Part shown: positions 1 to 12,849 of the stretch, one piece after another
Numbering within the stretch: the stretch's first letter is position 1
Layout of the letters: the number at the start of each line of letters is the position of its first letter
DNA from: Gnetum montanum
Lineage: Eukaryota > Plantae > Gnetophyta
NCBI GenBank assembly: GCA_015680685.1
Contig: MNCI01001919.1
Span: forward strand, 628,416-692,415
Direction: 5' to 3'
DNA length: 64,000 nt
Position numbers and translations under genes: made by a program
Notes under the pieces: model-generated
Database searches by the model: none
Told to the model about the DNA's origin: nothing
What the model saw: the letters and a program-made list of their open reading frames with translations, nothing else

Positions 1-1037
1 ATGGATTAATGTATATACCAAAAAGTCAATGGGAGCAAAATCTATTTCCTTGTTCTATATGTAGATGATATCCTTCTTGCAACCAATAATAGTGGATTTC
101 TATATAAGGTGAAACATTTTCTCTCTAAGAATTTCAACATGAAGGATATGGGTTATGCATCTTATGTCATTTCCATACAGATCCATAGGGATAGATCTAG
201 ATGTATTCTGGGACTGTTGTAGGAAACCTATATCAATAAAGTTTTAGAGAGGTTTTGGATGAAAGATTGTTCACCAAGTATAGCACCCATTGTGAAGGGT
301 GACAGGTTTAATTTGAACTAGTGCCCTAGGAATGATTTAAAGAAAATTCAAATGAGCAACAATCTATATACTTTAGCTATTGGGAGCCTTATGTATGCTC
401 AGGTTTGCACAAGACCTAACATTACATTTGCTATGGGAATGTTGGACAAATATCAAAGTAATCCAAGTATTGACCACTAGAGGGCTGCAAAGAAAGTGAT
501 GAGGTACCTTCAAGGTACAAAAAACTACATGCTTATGTATAAACAAACTGACTCCTTAGAGGTGAATGGCTACTCTAACTTAGACTTTGCTAGTTATGTT
601 GATTCATGGAAATCAACATCTAGTTATGTTTTTATGCTAGTTGGAGAAGTTATATCCTAGAGGAGTGGAAAGAAAACTTTGGTTGCTACTTCCACCATGG
701 AGGCAGAGTTCATTTCTTATTTTGAGGCTACTTCACATGGTGTATGGCTAAAGAGTTTCATATTAGGGCTTAGAATTGTGGATTCTATATCTAGGCTATT
801 AAAAATGTTTGTGGCAATTTAGCTGCTATCTTTATGCCTAAGAATACTAAGAGTGGTGGTCGAAGTAAATACATCAACATCAAGTACTTAGCCATATGGG
901 AATGCATTAAGGAAAACAAAGTGTTCATTGCACATATAAGCACTGCATTAATGATAGCTAATCCTTTGACAAAAGGAATGCCACCAAAGTTATTTAAGAA
1001 TCATGTAGTTCAGATGGGACTTGGTTCCATAATGTAA
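1..1037 (+). mobile_element. Degenerate Ty1/Copia pol C-terminus (reverse transcriptase + RNase H), 5'-truncated by the window edge
   Basis: Frame 1 reads FLVLYVDDILLATN (YVDD), later GYSNLDFASYVDSWKSTSSYVF and VATSTMEAEF. ORF 834-1037 gives SKYINIKYLAI and MIANPLTKG. Several in-frame stops. Confidence 0.95.
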
Positions 1038-1304
1038 TTTGTTGTGCGTACAACTTACAATCTTAATAAAACTCTTATTCAATTGTGTTATTTTCTCATA
1101 TGGTTTGCACATATAGTTATTAGAGAAAATACACATATGGCAGGATCTAGAATGAACATTAGGTTTATTCATAAAATTAAGTTACCATATAAGAAATTAT
1201 GTTTGAAAGATGATGCATTCACATTAAGAAGAACTATCACCATGATTTATGCATTTATTTCTTGAACTTTAACCCTAACTAAATATGGAAACCATGTGGG
1301 GGGT

Positions 1305-1687
1305 TGTAGCATGCGTTACCTACTAACACGCTTTATACATTACTTAATGCATGAAAGTGGTCACTATGCCCACTAACGCATTTTTATGGGTTAACTGATA
1401 CATGAAAGTGGCCACCATATCTACTAATGCATTTTTATGAGTTGGTTAATGCATCAAGGTGGTCTCCATATGTGGTAATGCATTTTTTAAGCATTGGCAT
1501 TGGCTCTTATGCTAATTGATTCTATGGCCTATAAATTTATCTTTGATGGGAGAACAAAGGCATCATGAATCACAACAAGATTGCAGTTCTGGTTCTTTTC
1601 ATAGACATTTGAAGATTGCATACACCATCATTGCCGAGCGCCCGTGTGAAAGAAGAATCAAAATGCCAAATTTAATTTGAGGCATCA
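1305..1687 (+). mobile_element. Probable 3' LTR of the Copia element, with three ~51-bp degenerate tandem repeats (1346-1490); right end uncertain (1630 or 1687)
   Basis: G-rich PPT-like tract (1297-1303), then TGTAGC at 1305. Repeat unit ATGCATGAAAGTGG...AATGCATTTTTA. CTATAAAT at ~1529. Confidence 0.6.
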
Positions 1688-4600
1688 ATGGCTAAAGTTC
1701 AATTCCATTTGCTCAAGAATTGTGCATTTTCAGTTATTTATGCATGTGAATTTCTTGTGCCATTTGTTTCTGCATTCTGTACTTTGATTACTTATGTCAT
1801 CGGGTTTTCTGCACAATCATTTTTTTACATTTGTATCTTATTTGGATTCGGAGTCATGTTCTCAAGCAATTTTCACCTTTTAACATACCTCGACACTATT
1901 TCCTATTTTTTATGTAATTTTAACATCTTGGGAGCAAAGACTTATCTGAATATTTAGAATTATAACGATTCACTATGGTTTGTATTGAATCCATACTTAT
2001 GCTTATCCGAGTCCTGTGAAGCATAGTTTCCATTGAACACGTATGATTCTTCTCAGGAAAATGAACAGAGGTGCTAGAAAATGCAATACGTCGGCAACAG
2101 GATGTCCACTATACGTATATTGCAGTATAACGCTACTGAGGCGAGGTTCAAACGTTGAAGCACCTTACAAACATATTCTCTGACAAACGTTTTTCCTTAA
2201 TATATTCTTTTTAAGGATAAAATGATAGGATTCAGTTCAAGATTCCGCGGATTTCGTTGTTTATTGTTAGTTTCTGAAACATCGAAGTACCTGTTTATCC
2301 CAAGTTCCGTGGCTACCTTTATGTTTTGGTTAATTAGTTATCAACAGTAATCGATGAAGATTCAGGACTTAAAAACAAAAAATTAAATGCATGGATCCTC
2401 TAAATTTCTGACACCCATGAAACATGGTTGGTCATGCGTGCTCATAAACTACAAAACTTAGGCTGTAGTTGCAGCATGCTCAAACCTGACAATCACATCA
2501 AGTTATTCATAGCAGATGTCATGTATATTCAAAAACCATGAATGTTCCTAAAACCAGCTTGCATTCATGTCTGAAGCAACACGCATGCTGCTGTTGCTGT
2601 TGTCTGCTCATCATGAAAGGCAATTTCGGTGAATAATTGCAGCAATCAGATGGTTGATGATATCATCACGTGGAATCCTCCACTTTGGCTCTGAAAAAAA
2701 CAAACAAGAGAGAGTAGGTTTGAAGGTGACTACACATAGACATAGCATTATAGCAGCAGGAATATTAGTACTAGTACTACTACCGCTACTGGTTTAAATT
2801 TTGAAACTGTATGCTGTGATGTGGTCCATGGTCCATGAAGACATACCTCATATTTCACCTCTTTGATTGTTTGACTGTCAAAGTATTCAATGCATCATAT
2901 TTTATTTTATTTTTTGGGAATTGTTAGTTAACGACATTACTGCAAATGACAACACCAGAAGTTTTTCTGTGATGGGTCAGAGAATAAGTGCTGTTCTAGT
3001 TGTATGAAGTATGTTTGATGACCAGTATATGTTTTGTTTTTTCCAAGTTGCTTTACTAATAAGCAATCACTGGTCATGAGCCATGACAAAGAAAAGGAAA
3101 CGGCATCTGATCTTATGCTTGGTTCATAACCCAGGATCACCAACAAAAATTACTGTTGCAGGGATTGAAAAACAATTGTTTTTATCAATCTACAGTATTT
3201 TCACAGCCCAGATTGAAACTTTCTTTACTCTACATTCAATTGTTCAATGTATCTGCACTTTATCACACTTTGACAACGCAGTGTTTTAGTGAGATGACAT
3301 ATATCCTGCTGGCCCTGGTCCTGGTCCTGGCCAGCACACCAAGACATGAACACGCTTCCGACCGCAAAATCAATCACGCTCAGGTTCCTCCTTCAACTAA
3401 CGATTGCAATGTATGCCAAAATCCAGAGCCCTGATTCAACACTTGCAACGGTTTCCAGTGCAGCTTTTGAAGCAATCAAACGTATTTTGGGTTAGTTACA
3501 TCATGTTTTCCAAGGTTCATCATTGTCATTATGACATTATCATTACCATGATCATAGAATTAGCCTTTCCATGAAGTCAGGTGTCAGTCTTTTATGAGTG
3601 CTTAATCACAGACACAGCCTTTTCTAAATACATGGCCTAGAAGCCCAAGCCCTAGCCTGGCCTGCCAGAATCCACCATGTGTTCAAGGTTCATGTTACCC
3701 AAGAATAAGAGATTTTTAAAATGAAAGACTTACCACAAAGTAAAAGCAAGCCGAGGAAGGACAGAGTCAAAGAAAGATGAAGAATCATCAGAGACTCACA
3801 TGTGCATGTGCAGTTGAAAACAAGTGCAACTGCTCTCTATTTGTACTAGCCTGGCATATAATATAATACAATTGTAGCAGCACCACATAATACACCAGAA
3901 GCTCATCATCCTCAAACTTTCTTTCTGACATGTTAACAATTAAAAAATTGATTGGCTGCAGAGGCCGACCTGTTGTAGCCCGATTCATGGAATCAATCAC
4001 TGTTTTTTATATAACCAAGCCTGATTGCAATCCACCTGTGACTGCATTAAATTTGACCGGCTTCTATACAACTTCATTAAATTATTTTATTCTTGTGTCA
4101 CTTTTTTGTAAATTTTGGTTTCTACTTCAGTGGTGAAATCGATGAACTACTTTTGTTCATCGTATTTTCAGTAAAGCTATGCGTAAGTGCAACTTCACAT
4201 GGCAGCAACGAGGAATAAAAGAGACTTCATTGGTTCAACAAGGATATTAAAATAAAAACCTTCGACTGTTTCTTTCTTAATTGGAATAAATATTCCTTCC
4301 AATCCGATACGTAAATTCTGTTGAATTTTCTTTATTTGTTCTTTTCACGGGAAAATTGATCCTGAGAATATTGGTAGATGAACAAAACCTTTACCTCTTT
4401 TATAATGATTGCTTCATGGCATAGATTGAAAAATTGGATCCAATGGGCAAATCCACAGCAGTTTTTATAAATCGTATCCCAAAAATCTGAATAAATCGGT
4501 GTAAGAATCAGAATAAAATCATCAATATTAGCAAAATAGAGCAGTTATATTCATTCATGTTGGTAGCTGCAGTTTCCAATTTTTTTCATCTAAGAGCTTA

Positions 4601-4712
4601 GTTACAGTGGAAAATCAAATATAGAAATTTTAGTTCTTTTTTGACAGCAGAATTAGTAATAAACAATACAGTAAACTTTAAAAAGCAATAAAAATATATC
4701 ACTATTTATTAG

Positions 4713-4802
4713 ATTAAATGTGTGATCCGATTTTGAATTGAATAGGCTTCAATGTTGATTAAATGTGTGATCCGATTTTGAATTGAATAGGTTTCAATGT
4801 TG
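4713..4802. repeat. 45-bp tandem duplication (2 copies, 1 mismatch)
   Basis: ATTAAATGTGTGATCCGATTTTGAATTGAATAGG(C/T)TTCAATGTTG occurs twice head-to-tail. Confidence 0.95.
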
Positions 4803-5495
4803 CATAGCAGATTTGGAAACAAAGGTCCAACCAAAGCCTTACCATTCAAAAAACGAGGGCATTAATGACATCCCCTTTAAACGTATAATGAATTCCTTTC
4901 CAAAATTCTCCTGGGCAAAGAAATATTTCCTTCCAAGATTCGCCAACCTATAAAAATACACCAACTGGAGATATTTAATAAAATTTTTCCACATAATAAA
5001 TTGTCTTGAGCTAAAGGGGAGCCGCCCAACAGCAGATTTACCTGCAGATATAAACTATTCTTGGTACACAAGAAATTTAGCTTACTACGGACGCACATTC
5101 CAATTATTAATTAAACTTTGCTGCAATGCTGAAAATGCCATTGGGAATCCCCATGTGCTGATGCTACACAAACCTCAGTTTAAACTTTTGAGTGATCATT
5201 TTTAAATCTTGCTTTGACGGCTAAAGTTCAAAGAGTGTGTAGAACATGCTGACGGCTCACAGAGTTTATTTAAAGCGAATAAAAGCAAAAAGAATTGACA
5301 ATGATCGGGATTCGGGACCTAGATCATCGCTAAACAAAAAAAAAAACAGCATAAAGAAGCATGAGCAGTGCGCGATTAATCATCAAACCTCGTTCATCCA
5401 ATAGCTAAAAGATCCGCCTGGCTTTACACTAAAACAAAAGATTGCCGCGTCTACAAAAAAAGCAGCGCTGATTCAGTTGATCTTCTTTTGGCCAT

Positions 5496-5505
5496 CTATA
5501 TAAAT
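5496..5505 (+). promoter_or_regulatory. TATA box of the pri-miR393 transcript
   Basis: CTATATAAAT followed ~25 nt later by a pyrimidine-rich initiator-like stretch (CATCTCTGCACTC), ~165 nt upstream of the hairpin. Confidence 0.7.
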
Positions 5506-5666
5506 ATTGCTTAGCGTAATCATCTCTGCACTCGAGGAATCTTTCCTTTAGCAGAATCAGGGCAAACGGAAAAGGGCTGAAAACACTGCAACAGATTTGG
5601 CTGCATTAAGCCATCGGTTGAAGCTTAGTTCCTCTGCAAGGCGGATTATTGGATTTAAGAATTTTA

Positions 5667-5767
5667 TCTTGCAAACCGGAAAATTCCAAAGGGATTGCAT
5701 TGATTCTGGTGCTTTGATAGCGCGAAGAATCGTGCATTCTCTTTGGAATCCTCCTGTTTGAACAAGA
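5667..5767 (+). ncRNA. MIR393: microRNA precursor MIR393 (mature 5p 5685-5706 TCCAAAGGGATTGCATTGATTC; star 5729-5749 ATCGTGCATTCTCTTTGGAAT)
   Basis: 20/22 identity to canonical miR393 TCCAAAGGGATCGCATTGATCC (recalled). The complementary star arm gives one mismatch, one bulge and 2-nt 3' overhangs. Lower stem TCTTG/CAAGA, CAAAC/GTTTG, GGA/TCC. Upstream TATA and a downstream GT donor-like site (CG|GTAATG, 5810). Confidence 0.93.
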
Positions 5768-7102
5768 ATTATGGCTACTCTCATCTGCTGCGGGGTTTCT
5801 GGACATCCGGTAATGTTTTCTGATGTTTAATGACATATGTTAGACAGAGTTGTATACTCTTTGTTTCGTACTTTCTGCATATTTAGCTGCCGAAAAATTT
5901 CTCTACGTTTCACAATATCAGCCAACTCTAAACCTGAATTGATTGATTTTCTGTATGTTTACGTTGGTTAGTCTTTATCACTCTTGTGAAATTAGAACTT
6001 AGAAGAAACAAAACGGATGAAAAGCTTATGAATTACAAGTGGAAACCTCTTCGAATTCACCGCTTCTGTTTGCTTCGTTCTTACTATATTTTAATTTTCA
6101 GTTTGGAATACTCTTGAATTTTGAAAAAGCGAGATAGAAAAATTTCATTTTACATATTTTATATTCTCAAGAATATTACAATTTGACATCTAGGAACTGT
6201 TCATCCTCCTTTTTACCTGTTCGCAAGATTTCTTTCACGCTAAGTTTAGTGCAAAACGATCAGCGCGCTCTTTAATCTCTTTTCTGCAACAATCATAGGC
6301 ATATTGCGAATTATCAGCTAAAAAATTATATTGAAAACGTCCTTCCTATTTAACACGTTAAGTATGAAAGGATGAAACTCCAGCTTTTAGCAAATATTCA
6401 TGTTGCATGATCATTGATCAACTAGAGGTACAGAAATGAGAAGTTCTAGATTTTGATTGTTTGTTCGCAGAAGGAAGTCAAGGAACAAAATTAAATAAGT
6501 TTTATGTTAAACTAACAAACCTTTTAGTTCCAAGTGGCATTCGTACATTCTCAAACATATGTGCAAAGCAGGGTCGAACAGTCATTGGTTTGAAACGAAC
6601 GAAGGAAATCAATCCAAAGCTAAATGTTCTGCTTCAGGTTTAACTCACGTCTGCTTGAAGTCTGACTCTTTTGACAATACGCAACTGACTTTCGACGTTT
6701 AAATAAGAAGCGGAATTTTTAACATTTTCGAATTAATTGCGGAGACTATGTATTTAATTTTCATTTCTGACTACTGTGGTAGTTTAGCAGTTTGCATCAC
6801 CGAAAAACATATCCTTAACCAAGGGATTTACAAACAAAAGAGCCTTCGTTTCCTGGTGGTTTCATAAAATTTTTATGCTTCGCCCAAACTCAGCTTATGG
6901 CTTTTACCCATTCTTTGATTTTTAAATTTTGCTTTTTTTTCTTTAATCGTTGTATATTTGTTTACATTATGCTGCTGTATTGTTGATATAATTCACCCAT
7001 ACCAATAAGATATGCAAAGATAAATTTAATCCGAATTCCTTTGTTTTTTTGGTTTTTTGGTTTTTTTGTTTTTTTTTTTTTTTTTTTTTGGGGTTTTTGT
7101 TT

Positions 7103-7629
7103 NNNNNNNNNNNNNNNNNNNNNNNNNNNNNNNNNNNNNNNNNNNNNNNNNNNNNNNNNNNNNNNNNNNNNNNNNNNNNNNNNNNNNNNNNNNNNNNNNN
7201 NNNNNNNNNNNNNNNNNNNNNNNNNNNNNNNNNNNNNNNNNNNNNNNNNNNNNNNNNNNNNNNNNNNNNNNNNNNNNNNNNNNNNNNNNNNNNNNNNNNN
7301 NNNNNNNNNNNNNNNNNNNNNNNNNNNNNNNNNNNNNNNNNNNNNNNNNNNNNNNNNNNNNNNNNNNNNNNNNNNNNNNNNNNNNNNNNNNNNNNNNNNN
7401 NNNNNNNNNNNNNNNNNNNNNNNNNNNNNNNNNNNNNNNNNNNNNNNNNNNNNNNNNNNNNNNNNNNNNNNNNNNNNNNNNNNNNNNNNNNNNNNNNNNN
7501 NNNNNNNNNNNNNNNNNNNNNNNNNNNNNNNNNNNNNNNNNNNNNNNNNNNNNNNNNNNNNNNNNNNNNNNNNNNNNNNNNNNNNNNNNNNNNNNNNNNN
7601 NNNNNNNNNNNNNNNNNNNNNNNNNNNNN
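7103..7629. other. Assembly gap (N run) next to a poly-T/GT low-complexity tract
   Basis: Run of n characters. Confidence 1.
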
Positions 7630-7889
7630 ATTTTTTGGCAAAGTGCGCATGAATTGAAATGTGTACTAATAATAATTTATAACAAGTAAGGAGACTTTTA
7701 CCTTTAAGCTACAAGATCTCACCTTTAAGAATAGTTTATTTAACAAGTATCATGTAGATTGATCATTTTTCAACTTTTGATTCAAAAGAAAATTCAATAA
7801 ATATTAAGACTGTCAATAAGCTAGGACAAGCTTCTTTACACATGTTTTTGCAATGGTAAGATTTATTTCTTGAAATGTTCAAAAAAAAT

Positions 7890-9370
7890 TTGTTTTAACT
7901 AGGAAGTGTGTGTGAATTGGAATCATGATGGCATGTTTAATATTATTAGATTATAAGATATTAAAATTTTAGGTTAAAAAATAGAATTCACTTTCAAAGT
8001 TTTTTTTAATCAAGTACTTTCATATCTTTACTATCACCTAAAAGGATTTGGTGACTTACTTCTTCTTCTTAATAATGTTTTTCAATCCTTAGTTATTGAT
8101 AAGAGTACAAATTTCTTACAAATTACATCATTCTAGCTAGGTATGACTTTGTTTATAGAATTTTAATTAGGATTTTATAGTATCTATGCTTCAAATCTAG
8201 CTTTTAAAATACGTAATATTTAGTTTTGAGTTAGTCTTTTCTCTTCCTTCTACTTATTAGATTCTATTTGAAGATTATGATGGAAATTTCTTTTGACAAA
8301 TTTGGACATGCATCTATGATTAATAGTAATTAAGACCTATGTAATTATATTTTACTTAGAGACAAATTATTACTTCATGATCTCTTTAGTTCAAGGTGTT
8401 TCAAATGGAAAGGTCCTATATATCTTGATCAACATATCTTTGAAAGATAAAAATAGAATTTATTTTAATTCCAATGATTCTAAAAATTAGTGATGTTTCC
8501 TACAATTTTTCATAGCTCCTTTTGAAATTACTCATTATCTTTCATTTTAAGCAAGTAATAATACTAATAATACTAGTACTTGAAAATGAAAGAGCCATTT
8601 CATACTTAATTATTCTTTGCTTCAAATAAAAAAGCTAATGATTTTATTTATGCAATATGAATTATGTTCAATCATGGTGTTTTACCTAAAAAGGTTGAAA
8701 GAAAATATTAGAAACTTAATTACATTCAAGTTGTTAATATGTTGGGAGGATTTTCTAAGCTTCTTTCGAAAGAAAGATATTAGTGGTTAAGACATATAGA
8801 AACTTCTATTTCAAAGGTTAAACAAGCTATTATGACCTAACGATATAATCTAGATGTCTTTGCTTTACTTTGCAAAACTCAAATAAAAATTTTAAAGAAT
8901 ATCAAGACTTAATAACTTATAGAGATCTCTTAACAACTTGAGCACATTTGATTCATACTAATAATATATGCAAGTAAGAATTTTCCTTGTAAATTAAATC
9001 AACTATTCTTCATTTCAAAATTTAACTTCCTTAGATAAATTATTAGGATGTAACTCATGATGAGGAAATTCTTTAAGCATTTGTCAATCATTTTCAAAAC
9101 TTTTTTTCTACAATAAAATCTTTTGATAAATAATCGTTGCATATTTTAGAAAATGATATTCTAAGAATAATTACTAAAAAGAATAAAAATATATCTTATA
9201 CTCTTTTAAAATTGAATGATTTAAAATTAGCTTTCTTTTCATTATTTAATAGGAAAGCCCCAAGTATTGATGGATTTCTTGTTGAAATTTAAAAGAATTA
9301 TGGATCTTCTATGGAAATAAATCTTTATCATTTTTTTAAAAAGGAAAGGTAATATATCCCTAGTAATAAA
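7890..9370 (+). mobile_element. Highly decayed LINE ORF2 relic (endonuclease-to-RT region); boundaries approximate
   Basis: ~9253-9303 reads KAPSIDGFLVEI.KELW, resembling the KAPGPDGF..EFYK..W motif at the start of the LINE RT. Weaker traces of endonuclease motifs lie upstream. Cut off near the LTR starting at 9426. Confidence 0.6.
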
Positions 9371-9425
9371 TCATGATTATTTGAATGACTACAATATTGT
9401 AGCTACATTATTGTAGCTTAATTTA

Positions 9426-11116
9426 TGATGTCATAGATGTGATGTAGCTAGGTGTGGTCATGCTTATAAATACGAATCCATTATTGTGGCACAAACACCA
9501 TTTGGTTAGTTCCTTAGCTAGATTCTTGTAGTTTGTTTTAACAAAGTTAGAGATAGTTTTGGGTACCTATAGTGTCATTATAAGTAGGTGTATGACATCT
9601 TTATTTGAGTGAAGTATATGACGAAGACATCATCCAACCTTTATGTAATCCTCAATGTATTTTAGATATATGTATCTTATTTGTGTTTGTTTTTTTGTGT
9701 TGACCTTGTTGGTAATGACTCCAAGGTGTTTTGGCATGTTTGGGGGTGGTTGAAGCCTATTTTGATGAGTTTAGAAAGTTCTAAGGTTAATGGTGACTTG
9801 TTTGGAAGTGTTTGGATGTTTTAGACCTCAAAATGAGCATCTTAAATTTTATCTTTGGTAGGAGAGATGTATCCTCTACAATGTAGACATCTCCTCTAGG
9901 AGATATATGTTTTCTCTTTATGATAGACATCTCCTCTACATATACAATATCTCCTAAAAATAATCTACACTTGGGCAAGAAAACTTCTCAAATCACAAGA
10001 CATCTCTAGTGAGCAATGGAAATTAATTTTTATTTTTAAATATAAAGAAAGATGAAAGATCATACCATGAAGCTATAAATAAGAGTCCAAGGCTTGATTT
10101 AGGCAAGAGTGAGAGAAGAGAGTTAAGTAAGGGATTTGAGAGGTCTCTTAAGAGCTTGTCCAAAGGGAGAGCTTATGCAAGAGAGTTTGAATATAGGCAA
10201 GGAAGAGCACCTGAGAGAGGTTGAGAGAATCTCTTATAAGTATTTTTTCTTGAGCTTTGGATTTATTATGAGCAATTGAGAATTGAGAGGGAACATGTGT
10301 AACCTCTAATATCCTTGGAAGATTTATGAGCTTATCTTAGCTCCTCAACCTTGATGTATTTCTCTATGTTTTGAGAACTTTCTTAATAAAAGAGAGAATT
10401 TTCTCCACTCCTTTGTGTTGTTCATGTTTGCTAAGCTTAATTTGCTTAGGAAACTTTTGGAATGGATCCTTTTTGGGATCTACTGAGGTAGGCTCCACTA
10501 TAGTATACATAGATATATTTCATGACTAGAAATAAAGATTGAGATTATTTATAATCATTGCAACATTTCACATGGCTTAGATTAAATTTCCATGTCATTT
10601 ACTTTTATAATGTCATTTATATTTCCTATGTTATTCATGTTTTCATTTTAGATTAGTATTTAGTTGAATACATTCAACTAATTTGAGTGTAAAACTATAA
10701 GAATCTAGTAATCCAATAGTGACATTACTTAGTTTGCCTAGTGGTAACTCACTTGGTAATCCCAATGGCAATTATACCAACATAGGGTATGTATAAAAAT
10801 CAAGACTTGATACTTATTGTTGTTAGATTAGTTTAGCATTTCATTTTCATTGTTCCTTAGTTAATAGATTCTAAATTCATCTTATCATATTTTTCTTTAG
10901 CCATATCTTACCTAATAAACATTAACATATCATATACCTTACTGTGAGTTAAGTCATGCATCTTGACACTCACTAACTTTATTAAAAAGATACAAATCGC
11001 AAACTTTACATTAACATACTAGTATGCATATTGTTCCTTTCATGAATTATAATCTAGTTGCACATGTATGCTTGTGAATTCTATGGCTAGATGTTAGGAA
11101 CTCTTGCCACTCATCA
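9426..11116 (+). mobile_element. 5' LTR of Athila-like element 1
   Basis: TGATG...CTCATCA ends; CTATAAATAAG at ~10073. Its 3' part is similar to LTR 16410-17317 (GGTAATCCCAATGG repeats, ACTCATCA end). Followed by a decayed PBS and gag. Confidence 0.75.
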
Positions 11117-11259
11117 TTATCATTATTACTTAGGATGATGTCAATATATACTAGTCAATTGAATTTATTTAATTTTGTTAGATTAACATTTTACAATTTA
11201 CTTTTCAAGATATATAATATTCTCAAAAAATGTAATTAAGTCCTAAAATCTTAAACATG

Positions 11260-12705
11260 ACTTCAACATACAAAGTAGAATCCCAACCTACACATGATAT
11301 TAATGAAGATAATGATAAAACTTACATTGAATAAAAGTAGAATGAACCAATGAAAAATATGTTTACACAAATCCATATTATCTTAATTTCACTTTTATTT
11401 TTCATCAAAATAAGCAAATTATATGGAAATACTTGTATGATAATATTGTGTTACTCCTTGTTCATCCAATTATATCTATGCTTCATGAAGTTCTACTCAG
11501 ATTTGGTCTTGATCATGCACATAGAAACTACAAGGTTATTAAGAACAGGACCATATCTTATTAGCCAAAATAAGTCCAAGCTAGAAGGGATGCTACTATG
11601 GAAGTAAAGTATGAATAAGAGCAAGGTAAGTGTGCATCTGAAGTGATATTACCTTGAGAAAATAAAGATAAGGAATATCAAGCTAAAAGATCTTACCATC
11701 ATCAATCCAACACTCATCCACCTATTCTATACACTAAAGATCCTATGCAACAAAATCTGTGTTCAATCTTAGTAGAGATGCTTGGAAGAGATAGAATAGA
11801 TCCTAAAACAAAGAGGAATCCAAGGCCTAGAATCTCAAGTATATCTAGAAGGGAAGAATCAAGGGGCCATTGAAGGAGAGCTAGTCAACATTGCTCTTCA
11901 AGTCATTTATACTCTCCATTACACTCATTGATAGAGTTTAACAAAAATGAATGTAGCATGAAGACATAGAACTAGATAGAGAAAGAATAAGAGATTATAA
12001 TAGAGACCTAAAATGATATAGACATCATGATGCAGATGAAGATGAAGATGAAGTGAAAGGGAGGGAAAAAGAAATAATGCATAGGAGAAGAAATGAAGAA
12101 GAGTATCAAAGGAACCATCATTACTATAATAGATATCATGATGAACCCAAAGATAATGATGAATTCTTACTAGCCAGAAGAATTATGATCTACATCATCA
12201 AGTTTTCGTATATTTTGGTAAGGCATCAAGGACATAGTTGCATCAAGTGACTAAGCATGAGCAACATTCCAAAATTTAAAGGAGGGATATAATGATGATA
12301 CACAACATCACCTTTAATCTTTTTATGATGTTTATGCACTTCAGAATATTGAAAGTAAGTGGTAGAAACTCAAGGTATTTCCAAGAATACACATTAAGAA
12401 AGAAAAATTATTTTATCAATAATTAGAACTAAAATTTATTCGTCAATGAAGTATAATGCTAGAATTATTTAATACCAAATACAAAACATATTCAAGAGTA
12501 TCAAAGTTGAGAAAGAAAATATAGGAATGAAAGTAAGGGATATATGAATCCCTTAATGTAGCTATAGATAGATACTATTTAGTCTTACACAAAAGCCTAG
12601 GATACAAAATTTCTCATAAAGAATAACTACAACATATAATCGATAAGTTGAGAAATAAAACTAGAGAGATCCTTAGAGTCTATGCCTAAGGAAGATTGTT
12701 TAAGG
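11260..12705 (+). mobile_element. Degenerate Athila-like gag, truncated
   Basis: IPKFKGG..DDTQHHL.SF, KLKVFPR and YA.GRLF motifs, colinear with the gag copies at 18440-18960 and 39045-39830. Confidence 0.8.
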
Positions 12706-12849
12706 TAACTCAATTGATTGATTGACTGAACAACTAAATAACTTGAGTATTTTGTTACATTCAAGTGATTTACAAAAATGTTAAAAAGACTATACCCATA
12801 TAAAAAAGGACTACAAAAATTTATAGGCTTTCAAAATCTCTAACAATAG

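Noticed and set aside
2461-2612. Inverted repeat GCAGCATGC...GCATGCTGC as a second miRNA hairpin
   Set aside because: Only ~9 bp pair cleanly, and I recognise no known miRNA family in it.
5557-5836. Minus-strand ORFs, one containing SMQSLW, reminiscent of TIR1/AFB MRSLW
   Set aside because: This is simply the antisense reading of miR393, which is complementary to that coding site; no other F-box/LRR similarity.
6967-7689. Long ORFs of 200+ codons, and likewise at 37620-38051
   Set aside because: Artefacts of translating through N gaps.
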